Below are positions 38,729 through 48,196 of a stretch of DNA of 64,000 nt, piece after piece (positions within the stretch are counted from its first letter, which is position 1; each line of letters starts with the position of its first letter). The notes beneath the pieces are model-generated. The model saw only the letters and a list, made by a program, of their open reading frames with translations. It was not told the DNA's origin and did not search any database. Source of the DNA: Lysobacterales bacterium (GTDB lineage: Bacteria; Pseudomonadota; Gammaproteobacteria; Xanthomonadales; SZUA-38); the NCBI GenBank assembly GCA_030065125.1, contig JASJDM010000016.1, positions 52,328-116,327 on the forward strand, in the 5' to 3' direction. Made by a program: the position numbers and the translations under genes.

Positions 38729-39665
38729 AGTGATGCAGGCGTTCCATCAGCAGCTGGTAAAAGCCGTCAGCGTCAGCAGTGTGGATCCAGTGGGCGTTGG
38801 CGGGGCGATCCGTCACGTCCCAGAAATCCACGGCGGTATTGCCCATGGTCAGCTCCGAGCTGATTTCCACCGCCACGTTGCAGTCCTTGCCTTCGAACAG
38901 CTCGGGCTGCAGCAGCCAGGCGACGGTACAGGGATCGTGCAGCGGGCCGCCGTCGGTGCCGTACTTCAGCTGGTCGTAGCGCTGATAGAAATCCAGCATG
39001 TTGGCGGTGGCCGTCGCAGCATCGTTGCCAATATCCCGGAGACGGGCAATCCGGGCCTGGGTGGACAGCACGGTGTGGGTTACGTCCAGGCCCATGGCGG
39101 TGATGGGTCTGCCGCAGTCGAACACCACGTGGGCCGCGTGGGGATCCACCATGATGTTGAATTCCGCCGACGGTGAGTAATTGCCCCCTTCCCGCATGGC
39201 CCCGCCCATCAGCACAATTTGCTGGATACGCTCGACGATTGTGGGTTCTTTGATCATGGCCAGTGCGACGTTGGTCAGCGGGCCGGTGGGCACCAGGGTG
39301 ATTGTGCCGGGGTCCCTTTCAAGCAGGGTGTCGATGATGAAATCCACCGCGTGCTCATCCTGCAGCGGCGTACGCGGCTCCACGATCTCCACGCCGTCGA
39401 TGCCGGTTTTGCCGTGGACGTACTCGGCCGTGATGAGTTTGCGCACCATGGGCCGCACGCAGCCCGCATATACCGGCATATCCTCGCGCCCGGCGATGTC
39501 GCACATCAGGCGGGCGTTGCGCTGGCAAAGGTTCAGCGGCACGTTGCCCGCCACGGTGGTAATGCCCAGGAGGTCCAGTTCGTCGGGGGAGGCCATGGCT
39601 AGCAGCAGGTTGACCGCGTCATCCTGCCCCGGGTCGCAATCTATGATGATGGATTGTCTGTTCAT
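38721..39665 (-). CDS. Nucleoside hydrolase (IUNH family)
   Basis: IIIDCDPGQDDA, TTVAGN, HGKTG, PTGPLTNVA, MGGA, AEFNI.VDPHAA, LHDP. Confidence 0.92.
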   Translation of the reverse strand: MNRQSIIIDCDPGQDDAVNLLLAMASPDELDLLGITTVAGNVPLNLCQRNARLMCDIAGREDMPVYAGCVRPMVRKLITAEYVHGKTGIDGVEIVEPRTPLQDEHAVDFIIDTLLERDPGTITLVPTGPLTNVALAMIKEPTIVERIQQIVLMGGAMREGGNYSPSAEFNIMVDPHAAHVVFDCGRPITAMGLDVTHTVLSTQARIARLRDIGNDAATATANMLDFYQRYDQLKYGTDGGPLHDPCTVAWLLQPELFEGKDCNVAVEISSELTMGNTAVDFWDVTDRPANAHWIHTADADGFYQLLMERLHHYG

Positions 39666-39839
39666 TTGCAGCTTTCGATTTACCCAGCTACGCAGCATAA
39701 CCAGAACCTACAGCTTTGCGAATGGGGCATTGGCTGGCGGTTGCGCTAGCATAAGGCCATGGGAGTCTGGGAAATGGGTCACATGCCCCCGACAATCCAA
39801 CCTGGGATTGGACAGCATCAGATTGGATCTTGGATCGTC

Positions 39840-40835
39840 ATGCAGCTTAGCAAGCACTTCGCAATCGCGACCCTGGCCTCGGCCATCAGCCTGCCCGTCC
39901 ATGCCCAGACCTCGGAATACGCCCTGCGCTTTTACGGCAGCGGCGTGGGTCCCCCGGGACAGCAGGACCGGGTACTGCTTCCCCTCGATGACGATCTGCC
40001 AGGTCCCGCGGGACACACGCCGGTGGACATCGGCAGTGGTGGGTTCACCCTGGAGTGGTGGATGCGGGGAAGGCTGTCAGACAATGATTCCGACAGCAAC
40101 GGTGGTGACGTGGAGAGGTTCGACTACAGCTGGATCAACGCCCATATCATTTTTGACCGGGATGTGTGGTGCGGCACGGAACGGAGCTACGGCGTGTCCA
40201 TAGCCGGCGGTCTGGTTCAGTTCGGCAATTCCAGTGGTGATGCTCCGGATTTTGATTCAGCCAACACCATCGAGGGCAGCACGTCCGTGCTGGATGATCA
40301 ATGGCACCACGTGGCCGTGGTCAGGGATGCGGCCACGGGCACCAAGCATATCTATGTGGACGGGGTACTGGACTTTTCCAGCTCGGCCGGGGTCAGCTTC
40401 GCTGATTTGAGCTATCCCGACGACGGCGTGCCGGTCACTGGCAACTGCGGTACGGGCCAATTGACGCCCTATGGACGTTTCCTGGTCTTTGCCGCCGAAA
40501 AACACGATGCCGGTGCGGCCTACCCCTCCTATGCGGGTTACATCGACGAGGTCCGGCTGTGGGCGACCGCTCGCTCTGCCCGGCAGATCGCCGACAACTA
40601 CGACCAGGTCGTGGCGCCAGGCTCACCGGGATTGGTGGGTTACTACCGGTTTGAGGAGGGCTCAGGCACCGTATTGGGCGACAGTAGCGATGCAGGATCC
40701 CCGGACGCACAGCTCATTGCGGGGATTGCAGGCAACGGCGAGTGGGTCAGCCGCGCCGCGGACCCCGACAATACGGCGCCGCTGGCGGCAAGCACGGACC
40801 GGATATTCTCAAGCGGGTTCGAACCTCCGCCCTGA
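39840..40835 (+). CDS. Secreted LamG/concanavalin-A-like domain protein with C-terminal DxIFxxGFE motif
   Basis: Signal peptide; FTLEWW, WHHVAVV, IYVDG, GYIDEVRLW, LVGYYRFEEGSG; ends DRIFSSGFEPPP. Confidence 0.8.
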   Translation: MQLSKHFAIATLASAISLPVHAQTSEYALRFYGSGVGPPGQQDRVLLPLDDDLPGPAGHTPVDIGSGGFTLEWWMRGRLSDNDSDSNGGDVERFDYSWINAHIIFDRDVWCGTERSYGVSIAGGLVQFGNSSGDAPDFDSANTIEGSTSVLDDQWHHVAVVRDAATGTKHIYVDGVLDFSSSAGVSFADLSYPDDGVPVTGNCGTGQLTPYGRFLVFAAEKHDAGAAYPSYAGYIDEVRLWATARSARQIADNYDQVVAPGSPGLVGYYRFEEGSGTVLGDSSDAGSPDAQLIAGIAGNGEWVSRAADPDNTAPLAASTDRIFSSGFEPPP

Positions 40836-40887
40836 TTCCAGGCCCCCGTCGATTGGGACCGGGATCCGAGATTGCGGGAGCGCCTGG

Positions 40888-41346
40888 TCACTCATCAACC
40901 CGCCAACCCAGCGACTCCAGTCCCCCGTCGTCCAACACCGCTTCAGGAACATCGGCAAGGGTCATGACCGACTCGCAGGCCACGGTACCATCGGGAAGGA
41001 CGATCTTTCCCTGGGCTTTGCCCAGTCGCCCACGCAGTTTCACACGGGTCCCTACGATGCGCAGCGGCGTGTTTGTGGGAACGGAATGACGGTACGCCAC
41101 GTTGAGCCTCACCGACATCATCAGGTGATGATGGTCGCCGATCATGGACACCCGGGCCACGACCTCGTCCAGCATGGAGGCCAGGATGCCGCCATGCACG
41201 ATCCCGGGATAGCCCTGGTACTGGTCGCCCACGGTGTACTCGCTGACCACCTGGTCATCGCCGTTGTCATGGAAAACCATGCGCAGACCGCTGGGGTTCT
41301 TGCGGCCGCAGACGAAACACCAGTCCGAGTTGGGCTGTTTATTCAA
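40888..41346 (-). CDS. PaaI family thioesterase
   Basis: CFVCGRKNPSGL, YQGYPGIVHGGILASMLDE hot-dog fold motif. Confidence 0.85.
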   Translation of the reverse strand: MNKQPNSDWCFVCGRKNPSGLRMVFHDNGDDQVVSEYTVGDQYQGYPGIVHGGILASMLDEVVARVSMIGDHHHLMMSVRLNVAYRHSVPTNTPLRIVGTRVKLRGRLGKAQGKIVLPDGTVACESVMTLADVPEAVLDDGGLESLGWRVDE

Positions 41347-42205
41347 TGTCCTGCTCCGACAGCGCGTGGCCCCAGTCCTTCTTGGCCTTGAGGTAGCGCC
41401 GGTTCCAGTCGCCTACGCCTGTTACATGCTTCACCCGGGTCACCTGGTCCAGGCCCAGGGCTGCAAGGTCGTTAATCTTTTTCGGGTTATTGGTCAACAG
41501 GCGGAACGGTCGATTGCCCACAAAAAAGTGGATCAAAGCCGCCGCGTCGCTGAATTCCCGGCAGTCGTCTGGCAGACCAAGCTGGCGATTGGCCTGGTAG
41601 GTGTTCTGGCCGGAGTCCTGGAGCAGGTAGGTTGCTGCCTTGGCCCACAGGCCGATACCGCGTCCCTCGTGACCGGCCATGTAAACCACCATGCCACCCT
41701 GGGGGTCGTCCTTGATGGCAGCAAGTGCCGACTTCAGCTGGGGACCGCATTCGCAACGTTCGGATCCGAATACATCACCCGTCAGGCAGCTGGAATGGAC
41801 CCGGATCAGTGGATTCTCCCAGGTTTTCGGGTCACCCAGGATCAGAACGCTGTTAACCGCCATGCTGGAAGCCAGCACCGAAAACAGGCGCTGTCCCCCC
41901 TGCTGGCGCAGCTCGCTGGCCAGCTCTTCCACCTTGCCCAGTTCCGTGGAGCGAACGCTGGCGTACCAGTCGGCGGTCACCTCCAGATCGCCCAGGTGGA
42001 CAGGCAGCGGAATCGGCCCAAGCAGGTTGACGGCCAACTCGCCGTGGGCCGGCTGCTGGTTGGGGTCCAGCCGACGCCCCTGGCTGTCGATTCGAATGAG
42101 CTTGCCGGCGTCGATCAACTGGGACCGAACGCTGGGGTCGATATAGGTAAACATGGGCGCAAGTTTGGGCGATGTGCCGTCTCGAATCCAGCCCGGGACC
42201 GTCAC
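41339..42205 (-). CDS. ribA: GTP cyclohydrolase II (RibA-like) with N-terminal extension
   Basis: RVHSSCLTGDVFGSERCECGPQL (three Zn Cys), EGRGIGL..K..TY.LQD, CREF, LLTNNPKK. The start may instead be the ATG at 42154. Confidence 0.82.
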   Translation of the reverse strand: MTVPGWIRDGTSPKLAPMFTYIDPSVRSQLIDAGKLIRIDSQGRRLDPNQQPAHGELAVNLLGPIPLPVHLGDLEVTADWYASVRSTELGKVEELASELRQQGGQRLFSVLASSMAVNSVLILGDPKTWENPLIRVHSSCLTGDVFGSERCECGPQLKSALAAIKDDPQGGMVVYMAGHEGRGIGLWAKAATYLLQDSGQNTYQANRQLGLPDDCREFSDAAALIHFFVGNRPFRLLTNNPKKINDLAALGLDQVTRVKHVTGVGDWNRRYLKAKKDWGHALSEQDIE

Positions 42206-42265
42206 TGATCGGGCAGTAAGCGCAATTCAGCAGATGGGAAAGATTAAACCTTTTTGATCGACGGG

Positions 42266-42362
42266 TTGTTCGCATCCGGGCAGCGGCTCAGGTCAGATCG
42301 CCTGTTCGTGGTCCGATGAAAACCGCCGGTGCCGAATCCGGTTGCCGGTCACGGAGAATTCA
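42266..42362 (-). ncRNA. Possible degenerate FMN-riboswitch-like leader
   Basis: On the minus strand, in the expected order: TTCTC...ATTC.GCACCGGCGGT...CCACGA...GATC...GAGCCG...CCGGATG.GA; the T-loop hairpins of canonical FMN aptamers are missing. Confidence 0.25.
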
Positions 42363-42476
42363 ACGATACAGAGGCGAATTCCTATATTTGTGCTTTGTCT
42401 CAGCAAGCCGTAGGCGGCAAGCCACGAGGTCCGGGCGCCCCGATCAACCAGGCCAAGCGCGTCTGAACAACGGTTA

Positions 42477-43037
42477 TCAAGGATCCACGGGATCTGCCGC
42501 CTTCTCCCCTGCCGTCTCATTGGAGTGAAGCTCAACCACCACCTCGATTTCCGTGGCGAAACCAATGGGCAATGACTGCATGCCCACAGCCGAACGCGCG
42601 TGCCTGCCCTTCTCACCGAAGGCTTCCAGGATCAGCTCGGAGAACCCGTTGATCACCTGGGAGTGCTGGGTGAAGTCCTCGGTGGCGTTGACCATGCCAA
42701 GCACTTTGACAAACCGCTTGATCCGATCCAGATCCCCCAGTTGATGCTTCAGGCTGGACAGGATTGCTATACCCGACAACCGGGCAGCCTCGGCACCCTG
42801 CGCAACGGTAAGATCGTCGCCCAACCGGCCGATCAGGTAGCTTCCGTCGGGCTTTTTCGGACCGTGCCCGGCGGTAAACGCAAGATTGCCGGTTTGCACC
42901 ACGGGGACAAATGGATTCGAGGGTTCACTGTGGGGATAAAGCTCGACCCCCATTTCCTTGAGCCTGGCCTCCACGTCCGCCAGTGCGCCAGATGAGACCA
43001 GCAAGCCAAGCAGCCCTGGGAGCAAACGGTTTTTCAT
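42477..43037 (-). CDS. RidA/YjgF family protein with a signal peptide
   Basis: GNLAFTAGHG, GRLGDDLT...G.EAAR, VKVLGMVN..DF..HSQVING.S, HARSAVG...LP....EIE; N-terminal MKNRLLPGLLGLLVSSGALA. Confidence 0.85.
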   Translation of the reverse strand: MKNRLLPGLLGLLVSSGALADVEARLKEMGVELYPHSEPSNPFVPVVQTGNLAFTAGHGPKKPDGSYLIGRLGDDLTVAQGAEAARLSGIAILSSLKHQLGDLDRIKRFVKVLGMVNATEDFTQHSQVINGFSELILEAFGEKGRHARSAVGMQSLPIGFATEIEVVVELHSNETAGEKAADPVDP

Positions 43038-43226
43038 GAGTCACCTCTTTTCGATACTGGCCCGCAAGGGCGTTGATCTCGGACCAGCTAATCTACCTGA
43101 GATACCCCGCCCCCCGCAGGGTATTCCCTGACAAAAGTCAAAAGAGAGCGTGACTTTCGTTAGTGGATTCAACACCAATCTCGGCTAGACTGACCCTCCC
43201 GTTCCTGACACCAAGGACCCTGCCCT

Positions 43227-43982
43227 ATGAAACGCCTGTTCTTCGCCGCTACTGCTGCGGTCTGTACATTTTCCGCCACCGCAGCCGACCTTGATGAGGT
43301 GCTTTCCTGCAACTACGAAACCCTTGGCGGGCTGGACAACATCAAGGCTGTCGAGTCCGCACGAATGACCGGCACCATGACCATGGGTCCCATGCAGGCG
43401 CCGTTCACCATCGAGTTCCAGCAGCCCAACCGGGTCCGGCTGGAGTTCGAGGTTCAGGGCATGACCGCTGTACAGGCCTACGACGGCGAGACCGGCTGGG
43501 CCATCATGCCGTTCATGGGTAAGACCACGCCGGAAAAAATGGCAGACGACCAGCTCAAATCCATCCAGGAAATGGCTGAATGGGAAGGTCCGCTGGTTAA
43601 CTGGCAGGAAAAGGGTCACAGCGTCGAACTGGTGGGCACCGAGGAAGTTGAAGGCACCGAAGCCTACGCGCTGAAAGTGGTTCGCGCGGGCAGCGAAGAC
43701 GAGGTGACGATGTTCCTCGATACTGACTACTGCCTGCCGTTTCTCTCCAAGGGCGTGCGCGACATCCAGGGCAACGAGATGGCCTTTTCCCAGACCATCG
43801 GCGACTACAAGGAAGTCGGCGACATCGTCATGGCGCATTCGATGATTGCCAACATCGGCGATGGCCCCACCCCGATGCAGCAGGCCATCACCATCGAAAC
43901 CGCGGAGCTCAACGTCAGTGACCTCAAGTCCGACCGCTTCGCCATGCCAGAGGTAGAACAGCCCGCCGCGGCTGCCGAGTAA
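43227..43982 (+). CDS. Secreted LolA-like / lipoprotein-sorting-type protein
   Basis: Signal peptide; LGGLDNIKAVES.RMTG, QPNRVRLE, QAYDGETGW, VGTEEVEG..AY.LKV; typical partner of VPS10-like genes. Confidence 0.65.
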   Translation: MKRLFFAATAAVCTFSATAADLDEVLSCNYETLGGLDNIKAVESARMTGTMTMGPMQAPFTIEFQQPNRVRLEFEVQGMTAVQAYDGETGWAIMPFMGKTTPEKMADDQLKSIQEMAEWEGPLVNWQEKGHSVELVGTEEVEGTEAYALKVVRAGSEDEVTMFLDTDYCLPFLSKGVRDIQGNEMAFSQTIGDYKEVGDIVMAHSMIANIGDGPTPMQQAITIETAELNVSDLKSDRFAMPEVEQPAAAAE

Positions 43983-44059
43983 GACTGGCCGCTGCTGTTG
44001 CCGGGCCCCTGCCTGGAAACAGCAGCGGTATCAACCATACCTGTCCTGGGGAGACACGC

Positions 44060-47000
44060 ATGAGCATTCGTAACACCATTTGCGTGGCCGCCATCGCGTT
44101 CGCCACGGCGGCGCAGGGCGCCATTGAAATCAACTCGTCCACTTTCGGCGGACTGAGCGCGCGCAGCATCGGCCCGGCAGTGATGAGCGGTCGCATCTCC
44201 TCCATCGACGCCGTGGTCCATGACGATGGGCCGCTTACGGTCTACGTGGGCACCGCCAGCGGCGGCGTATGGAAATCCGACGACGGCGGCATCGTCTACA
44301 AGCCCATATTCGACGATCACATACAGTCCATTGGGGCGGTGCGTATCGACCCCAGCAATGCCGAAACCGTGTGGGTCGGCACCGGCGAGAGCTCGGTCCG
44401 AAACACGGTGTCCCCGGGCGACGGGGTTTACCGGTCGTTAGATGGCGGCGAAAAATGGCAGCACATGGGGCTTAAAGAAAGCGATCACATCGCTGAACTG
44501 CTGGTGCATCCGGACAACAGTGAGGTGGTCTTCGTCTGTTCCCTGGGGCACCTGTGGGCAAGCGGCGGCGACCGCGGCGTGTTCCGGTCCCAGGATGGCG
44601 GCCAGAACTGGGATAACGTGCTGCACATCGACGACGCCACCAGCTGCTCAGACCTGGCCATGACGCCGGACGGCAGCGTGCTTTACGCGGGCATGTGGCA
44701 GGTTCGCCGCTACCCGGATTTCTTTGAGTCGGGTGGCCCGACATCCGGCCTTTACCGGAGCACCGACGGCGGCGACACCTGGGAAGAACTGACCGAAGGG
44801 CTGCCGGCATCCGACAAGGGCCGCATCGACGTCACCGTGGCCGCTTCGGAACCCCAACGCGTTTACGCAGCCATCGAAAGCGAAAACACCGCGCTTTTCC
44901 GCTCTGACGATGGCGGCGACAGCTGGGTCGAGAAGGACGACTCAGGCAACATCCAGATGCGACCATTCTACTTCGGCGAACTGGTGGTGGACCCCAGCGA
45001 TCCGGACCGCGTCTACGTGCCCGCATTTTCCCTGACGGTGAGTTCTGACGGCGGCGAAAGCTTCTCCGGCATGTTTGGCGCTGGATTTACCGTCTCGATT
45101 CACCCGGACCACCACGCGCTGTGGATCAACCCGTCGAACCCGCAGCAGCTGTTCCTGGGTACCGACGGCGGGGTCTATGTTTCCGAAGACCGCGGCTTCC
45201 ACTGGCGCCACGTGGCCAACCTGCCGGTCAGCCAGTTTTACCACGTGTCCGTTGATGCGCGCTGGCCCTATAACGTCTACGGTGGCCTGCAGGACAACGG
45301 ATCCTGGATGGGTCCTTCCCAGGCGCCCGGCGGCATACAGAACAAACACTGGCAGAACATCGGATTTGGCGATGGCTTCTGGTCGTTCCCGGATCCGACA
45401 GAAGATCGGGTACTGTATACCGAGTACCAGGGTGGCCAGCTCAAGCGTGTTGACCGCGAGACGCTGGAGATCAAGCGCATTCAGCCCGCCGCTCAGGCGG
45501 CACAGCAGCCGTTGCGCTTCAACTGGAACACGCCGATACACCTGAGCCCGAACAAGCCCGGCACCATTTACTACGGCGCCCAGTACCTGTTCCGCAGCAA
45601 GGATCGCGGTGAGTCCTGGGAAGCCATCTCGCCGGACCTGACCACCGATGACCCCCAGGGCCAGCGCCAGGCGCAATCCGGCGGTCTTACCATCGACAAC
45701 TCCACCGCCGAAAACTACACCACTATCTATTCCATCAGCGAGTCGCCGCTGAACCACCGAACAATCTGGGTGGGCACCGACGACGGCAACGTTCAGCTCA
45801 CCCGCAACGGCGGTCGCGGCTGGGACAACGTAGTGGGCAATATTGATGGGGTTCCGGCCGGTACCTGGGTATCCCGGATCGAGGCCAGTCCCCATGACGA
45901 AGCCACTGCTTTCGTCACCTTTGACGGCCACCGGCGCGGCGACATGCAAACCTACCTGCTGCGCACCACCGACTACGGCGCCAGCTGGACATCGCTGGTC
46001 ACCGACGACATCGATGGCTATGCCTGGGTCATCAAGCAGGATCCTGTTAACCCGGACCTGCTGTTTCTCGGCACGGAAGAAGGGCTTTACATCAGCCTCG
46101 ACGGCGGTGTGAACTGGGCGCGTTTTTCCGAAAACCTGCCCAGGGTGGCCGTCCACGACCTGGTGATTCATCCCACCGAACACGACCTGGTCATCGGCAC
46201 CCACGGGCGCGGCGTTTACATCATCGATGACATCACCCCGCTGCGCAGCATCACCCAGGAAACCATCGACGCCAACGTGGCCATTTTGCCCACGCGACCG
46301 GCGCCCATGGTGCTGAACGCCCAGCTGCAGAGCTTTGGCGCCCATGATTCCTTTGTCGGTAACAATCCGCCCCAATCGGCCACCATCGTCTACTACCTGA
46401 AAAAGCGGCACCTGTTTGGCGACCTGAAGGTCGAGGTGTTCAACGACGATGGCAGCCTGATCGCTACCCTGCCCGGAGGCAAGCGGCGAGGTCTCAACCG
46501 GGTCGAGTGGCCCATGCGCTTCAAGGCGCCCAAGTTTCCCCCGGCCACCAACCTGGTGCCCGGCTTTCTCGGCCCCCGCGTGCCGGAAGGTGAGTACCGC
46601 GTGGTTCTCACCAAGGGCAAGGAGACCCTGGAATCCACCGTCCAGCTGGTGGCCGACCCACGCACGCCGCATGCCAGGCGCGACCGCGCGGCCCAGCAGG
46701 CGCTGGCACTTGAGCTTTACGACATGATCAATGACCTCACCTTCCTGTCCGACAATCTTATCGAGGTTCGAACCCAGGCCAGGCAACTCGCCGAAAGCGC
46801 CGATAAGGCCCTGCAGACAGCGCTGGGTGAATACGCGGAATCGCTTGAAAACCTGCGCACCTCCCTGTCGGCGACCAAAGGCGGCATGATCACCGGCGAG
46901 CAACAGCTGCGCGAGCGACTGGGCAATCTCTACGGCAACGTCACCAGCTACGATGGCCGACCGACGAAAACCCAGTTTGACCGGCGCGGCACGCTGGGCC

Positions 47001-47221
47001 AGGAACTGGCAGATGCCATGACGGCCAGTGAATCGCTGCTGGGCGATCAGCTGGGGGCCATCAATCAGCGCCTTACGAAAGCGGGGCTCGACAACATCGC
47101 CGTCCTCGACCGCGAGGCCTGGAACGAGAAGGAAGGGGTGGCCCGGTTCTCCACCGTTGTGATGGCCCGCAGTGCCTGGCGGGCGCTGCTGCCCCAGGCG
47201 CTGTGGGGAATCGAAAAGTAG
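44060..47221 (+). CDS. Secreted VPS10/sortilin-like BNR-repeat protein (putative glycoside hydrolase)
   Basis: RSIGPAVMSGRI; many S.DGG..W Asp-box repeats; YFGELVVDP, HPDHHALWI, QFYHV, YGGLQDNGSW, GTHGRG.YI.DD. Confidence 0.85.
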   Translation: MSIRNTICVAAIAFATAAQGAIEINSSTFGGLSARSIGPAVMSGRISSIDAVVHDDGPLTVYVGTASGGVWKSDDGGIVYKPIFDDHIQSIGAVRIDPSNAETVWVGTGESSVRNTVSPGDGVYRSLDGGEKWQHMGLKESDHIAELLVHPDNSEVVFVCSLGHLWASGGDRGVFRSQDGGQNWDNVLHIDDATSCSDLAMTPDGSVLYAGMWQVRRYPDFFESGGPTSGLYRSTDGGDTWEELTEGLPASDKGRIDVTVAASEPQRVYAAIESENTALFRSDDGGDSWVEKDDSGNIQMRPFYFGELVVDPSDPDRVYVPAFSLTVSSDGGESFSGMFGAGFTVSIHPDHHALWINPSNPQQLFLGTDGGVYVSEDRGFHWRHVANLPVSQFYHVSVDARWPYNVYGGLQDNGSWMGPSQAPGGIQNKHWQNIGFGDGFWSFPDPTEDRVLYTEYQGGQLKRVDRETLEIKRIQPAAQAAQQPLRFNWNTPIHLSPNKPGTIYYGAQYLFRSKDRGESWEAISPDLTTDDPQGQRQAQSGGLTIDNSTAENYTTIYSISESPLNHRTIWVGTDDGNVQLTRNGGRGWDNVVGNIDGVPAGTWVSRIEASPHDEATAFVTFDGHRRGDMQTYLLRTTDYGASWTSLVTDDIDGYAWVIKQDPVNPDLLFLGTEEGLYISLDGGVNWARFSENLPRVAVHDLVIHPTEHDLVIGTHGRGVYIIDDITPLRSITQETIDANVAILPTRPAPMVLNAQLQSFGAHDSFVGNNPPQSATIVYYLKKRHLFGDLKVEVFNDDGSLIATLPGGKRRGLNRVEWPMRFKAPKFPPATNLVPGFLGPRVPEGEYRVVLTKGKETLESTVQLVADPRTPHARRDRAAQQALALELYDMINDLTFLSDNLIEVRTQARQLAESADKALQTALGEYAESLENLRTSLSATKGGMITGEQQLRERLGNLYGNVTSYDGRPTKTQFDRRGTLGQELADAMTASESLLGDQLGAINQRLTKAGLDNIAVLDREAWNEKEGVARFSTVVMARSAWRALLPQALWGIEK

Positions 47222-47241
47222 CGGCGGACAGTCGGCGTGGG

Positions 47242-47562
47242 CTACTCGCCGTCGCCCCTGGCTTGCCGTTGTGCCTCAAACCGGGCGATCTTCTCGGGAT
47301 CGGCCGGTAGCTGGTACCTGGATTTCCACTCCGCGTACGGCATGCCGTAGATCCGCTGCTGCGCGTCCGCCAGGCTGACGTCCATCCCGGCCTCTAACGC
47401 CGCCTGGTGATACCACTTGCCGAGGCAGTTGCGGCAGAAGTCTGCCAGCAGCATCAGGTCGATGTTCTGTACGTCGGTTCGGTTCTGCAGATGTTTAACC
47501 AGCCGTCGGAACACGGCCGCTTCAATCTCGGTAGTTGATGGCGTTTCTGGCATGTTGTTCAC
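47242..47562 (-). CDS. DUF1244 family protein
   Basis: IEAAVFRRLVKHL..RTDVQNIDLM.LA.FCRNCL.KWY...YGMPYAEWK signature. Confidence 0.88.
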   Translation of the reverse strand: MNNMPETPSTTEIEAAVFRRLVKHLQNRTDVQNIDLMLLADFCRNCLGKWYHQAALEAGMDVSLADAQQRIYGMPYAEWKSRYQLPADPEKIARFEAQRQARGDGE

Positions 47563-47664
47563 TGTCCTTGATGACTGATACGCGGAACCCGGGCATGGCT
47601 GACCCCTGGAACCGTACGAGTGTTATATGGAAGACAATCGCATAAACATCAGAGCGTGTCATAT

Positions 47665-48141
47665 ATGCACCTATCGAGCTCTATTCAACGCCTTCCTGTG
47701 CACTGCGTGGTGGCGCTGGCGCTGATGACCACGTCCATGGCAAACGCGTCGGAGCCGGAAGACCCTCTGGGTGAACTGCGCTGGAAGGCACGCGTGCTGC
47801 TGGTATTTTCTCCCAGCGCCGGTGACACGCGTTCCACGGCGTTCCTGCAGGCTGCTGACGCTGCGGCCTGCGCTGTCGCTGAGCGTGACATGGTGATCGG
47901 TCGCATCAGTCCGGCTGGCACCAGCTTCCTGGGAGAAAACACCATCGCACCGTCCGATGCGGCGGCATTACGCCAGCGGTTCGGGATTGCGCCGGAGGCA
48001 TTCCGCATCCTGCTGGTGGGCAAGGACGGCGGCGTCAAGGGCGACTATCAACGGCCGCCCTCGTTGTCAGTAGTGTTTGACCTGGTGGACAGCATGCCCA
48101 TGCGGCGCCAGGAGATGCGGACGCGGTCAACATCCTGCTGA
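47665..48141 (+). CDS. DUF4174 family secreted protein
   Basis: Signal-like N-terminus; L.ELRWKARVLLVFSP, ERDM, LVGKDGGVK, FDLVDSMPMRRQEM. Confidence 0.82.
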   Translation: MHLSSSIQRLPVHCVVALALMTTSMANASEPEDPLGELRWKARVLLVFSPSAGDTRSTAFLQAADAAACAVAERDMVIGRISPAGTSFLGENTIAPSDAAALRQRFGIAPEAFRILLVGKDGGVKGDYQRPPSLSVVFDLVDSMPMRRQEMRTRSTSC

Positions 48142-48145
48142 AGGC

Positions 48146-48178
48146 AAAAAAAAAACGGCCTCCAGTGAGACCGTTTTT
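48146..48178 (-). terminator. Intrinsic terminator of the TonB receptor gene (possibly bidirectional)
   Basis: Minus strand ACGGTCTC-ACTG-GAGGCCGT hairpin (one G-U pair) followed by a T10 run; a T5 run follows on the plus strand. Confidence 0.8.
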
Positions 48179-48196
48179 CTCGGATCAGGTTGACCT

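Noticed and set aside
40812-40840. tRNA-like GGTTCGAACC...CCA
   Set aside because: It encodes GFEPPP at the end of the LamG gene; the T-stem does not pair and there is no D or anticodon arm.
44942-46903. 653-aa antisense ORF (likewise 48947-50368, 3604-4734, 13449-14669, 24646-25902)
   Set aside because: Lie exactly opposite well-supported genes and have no motifs; such shadow ORFs are expected in GC-rich DNA.
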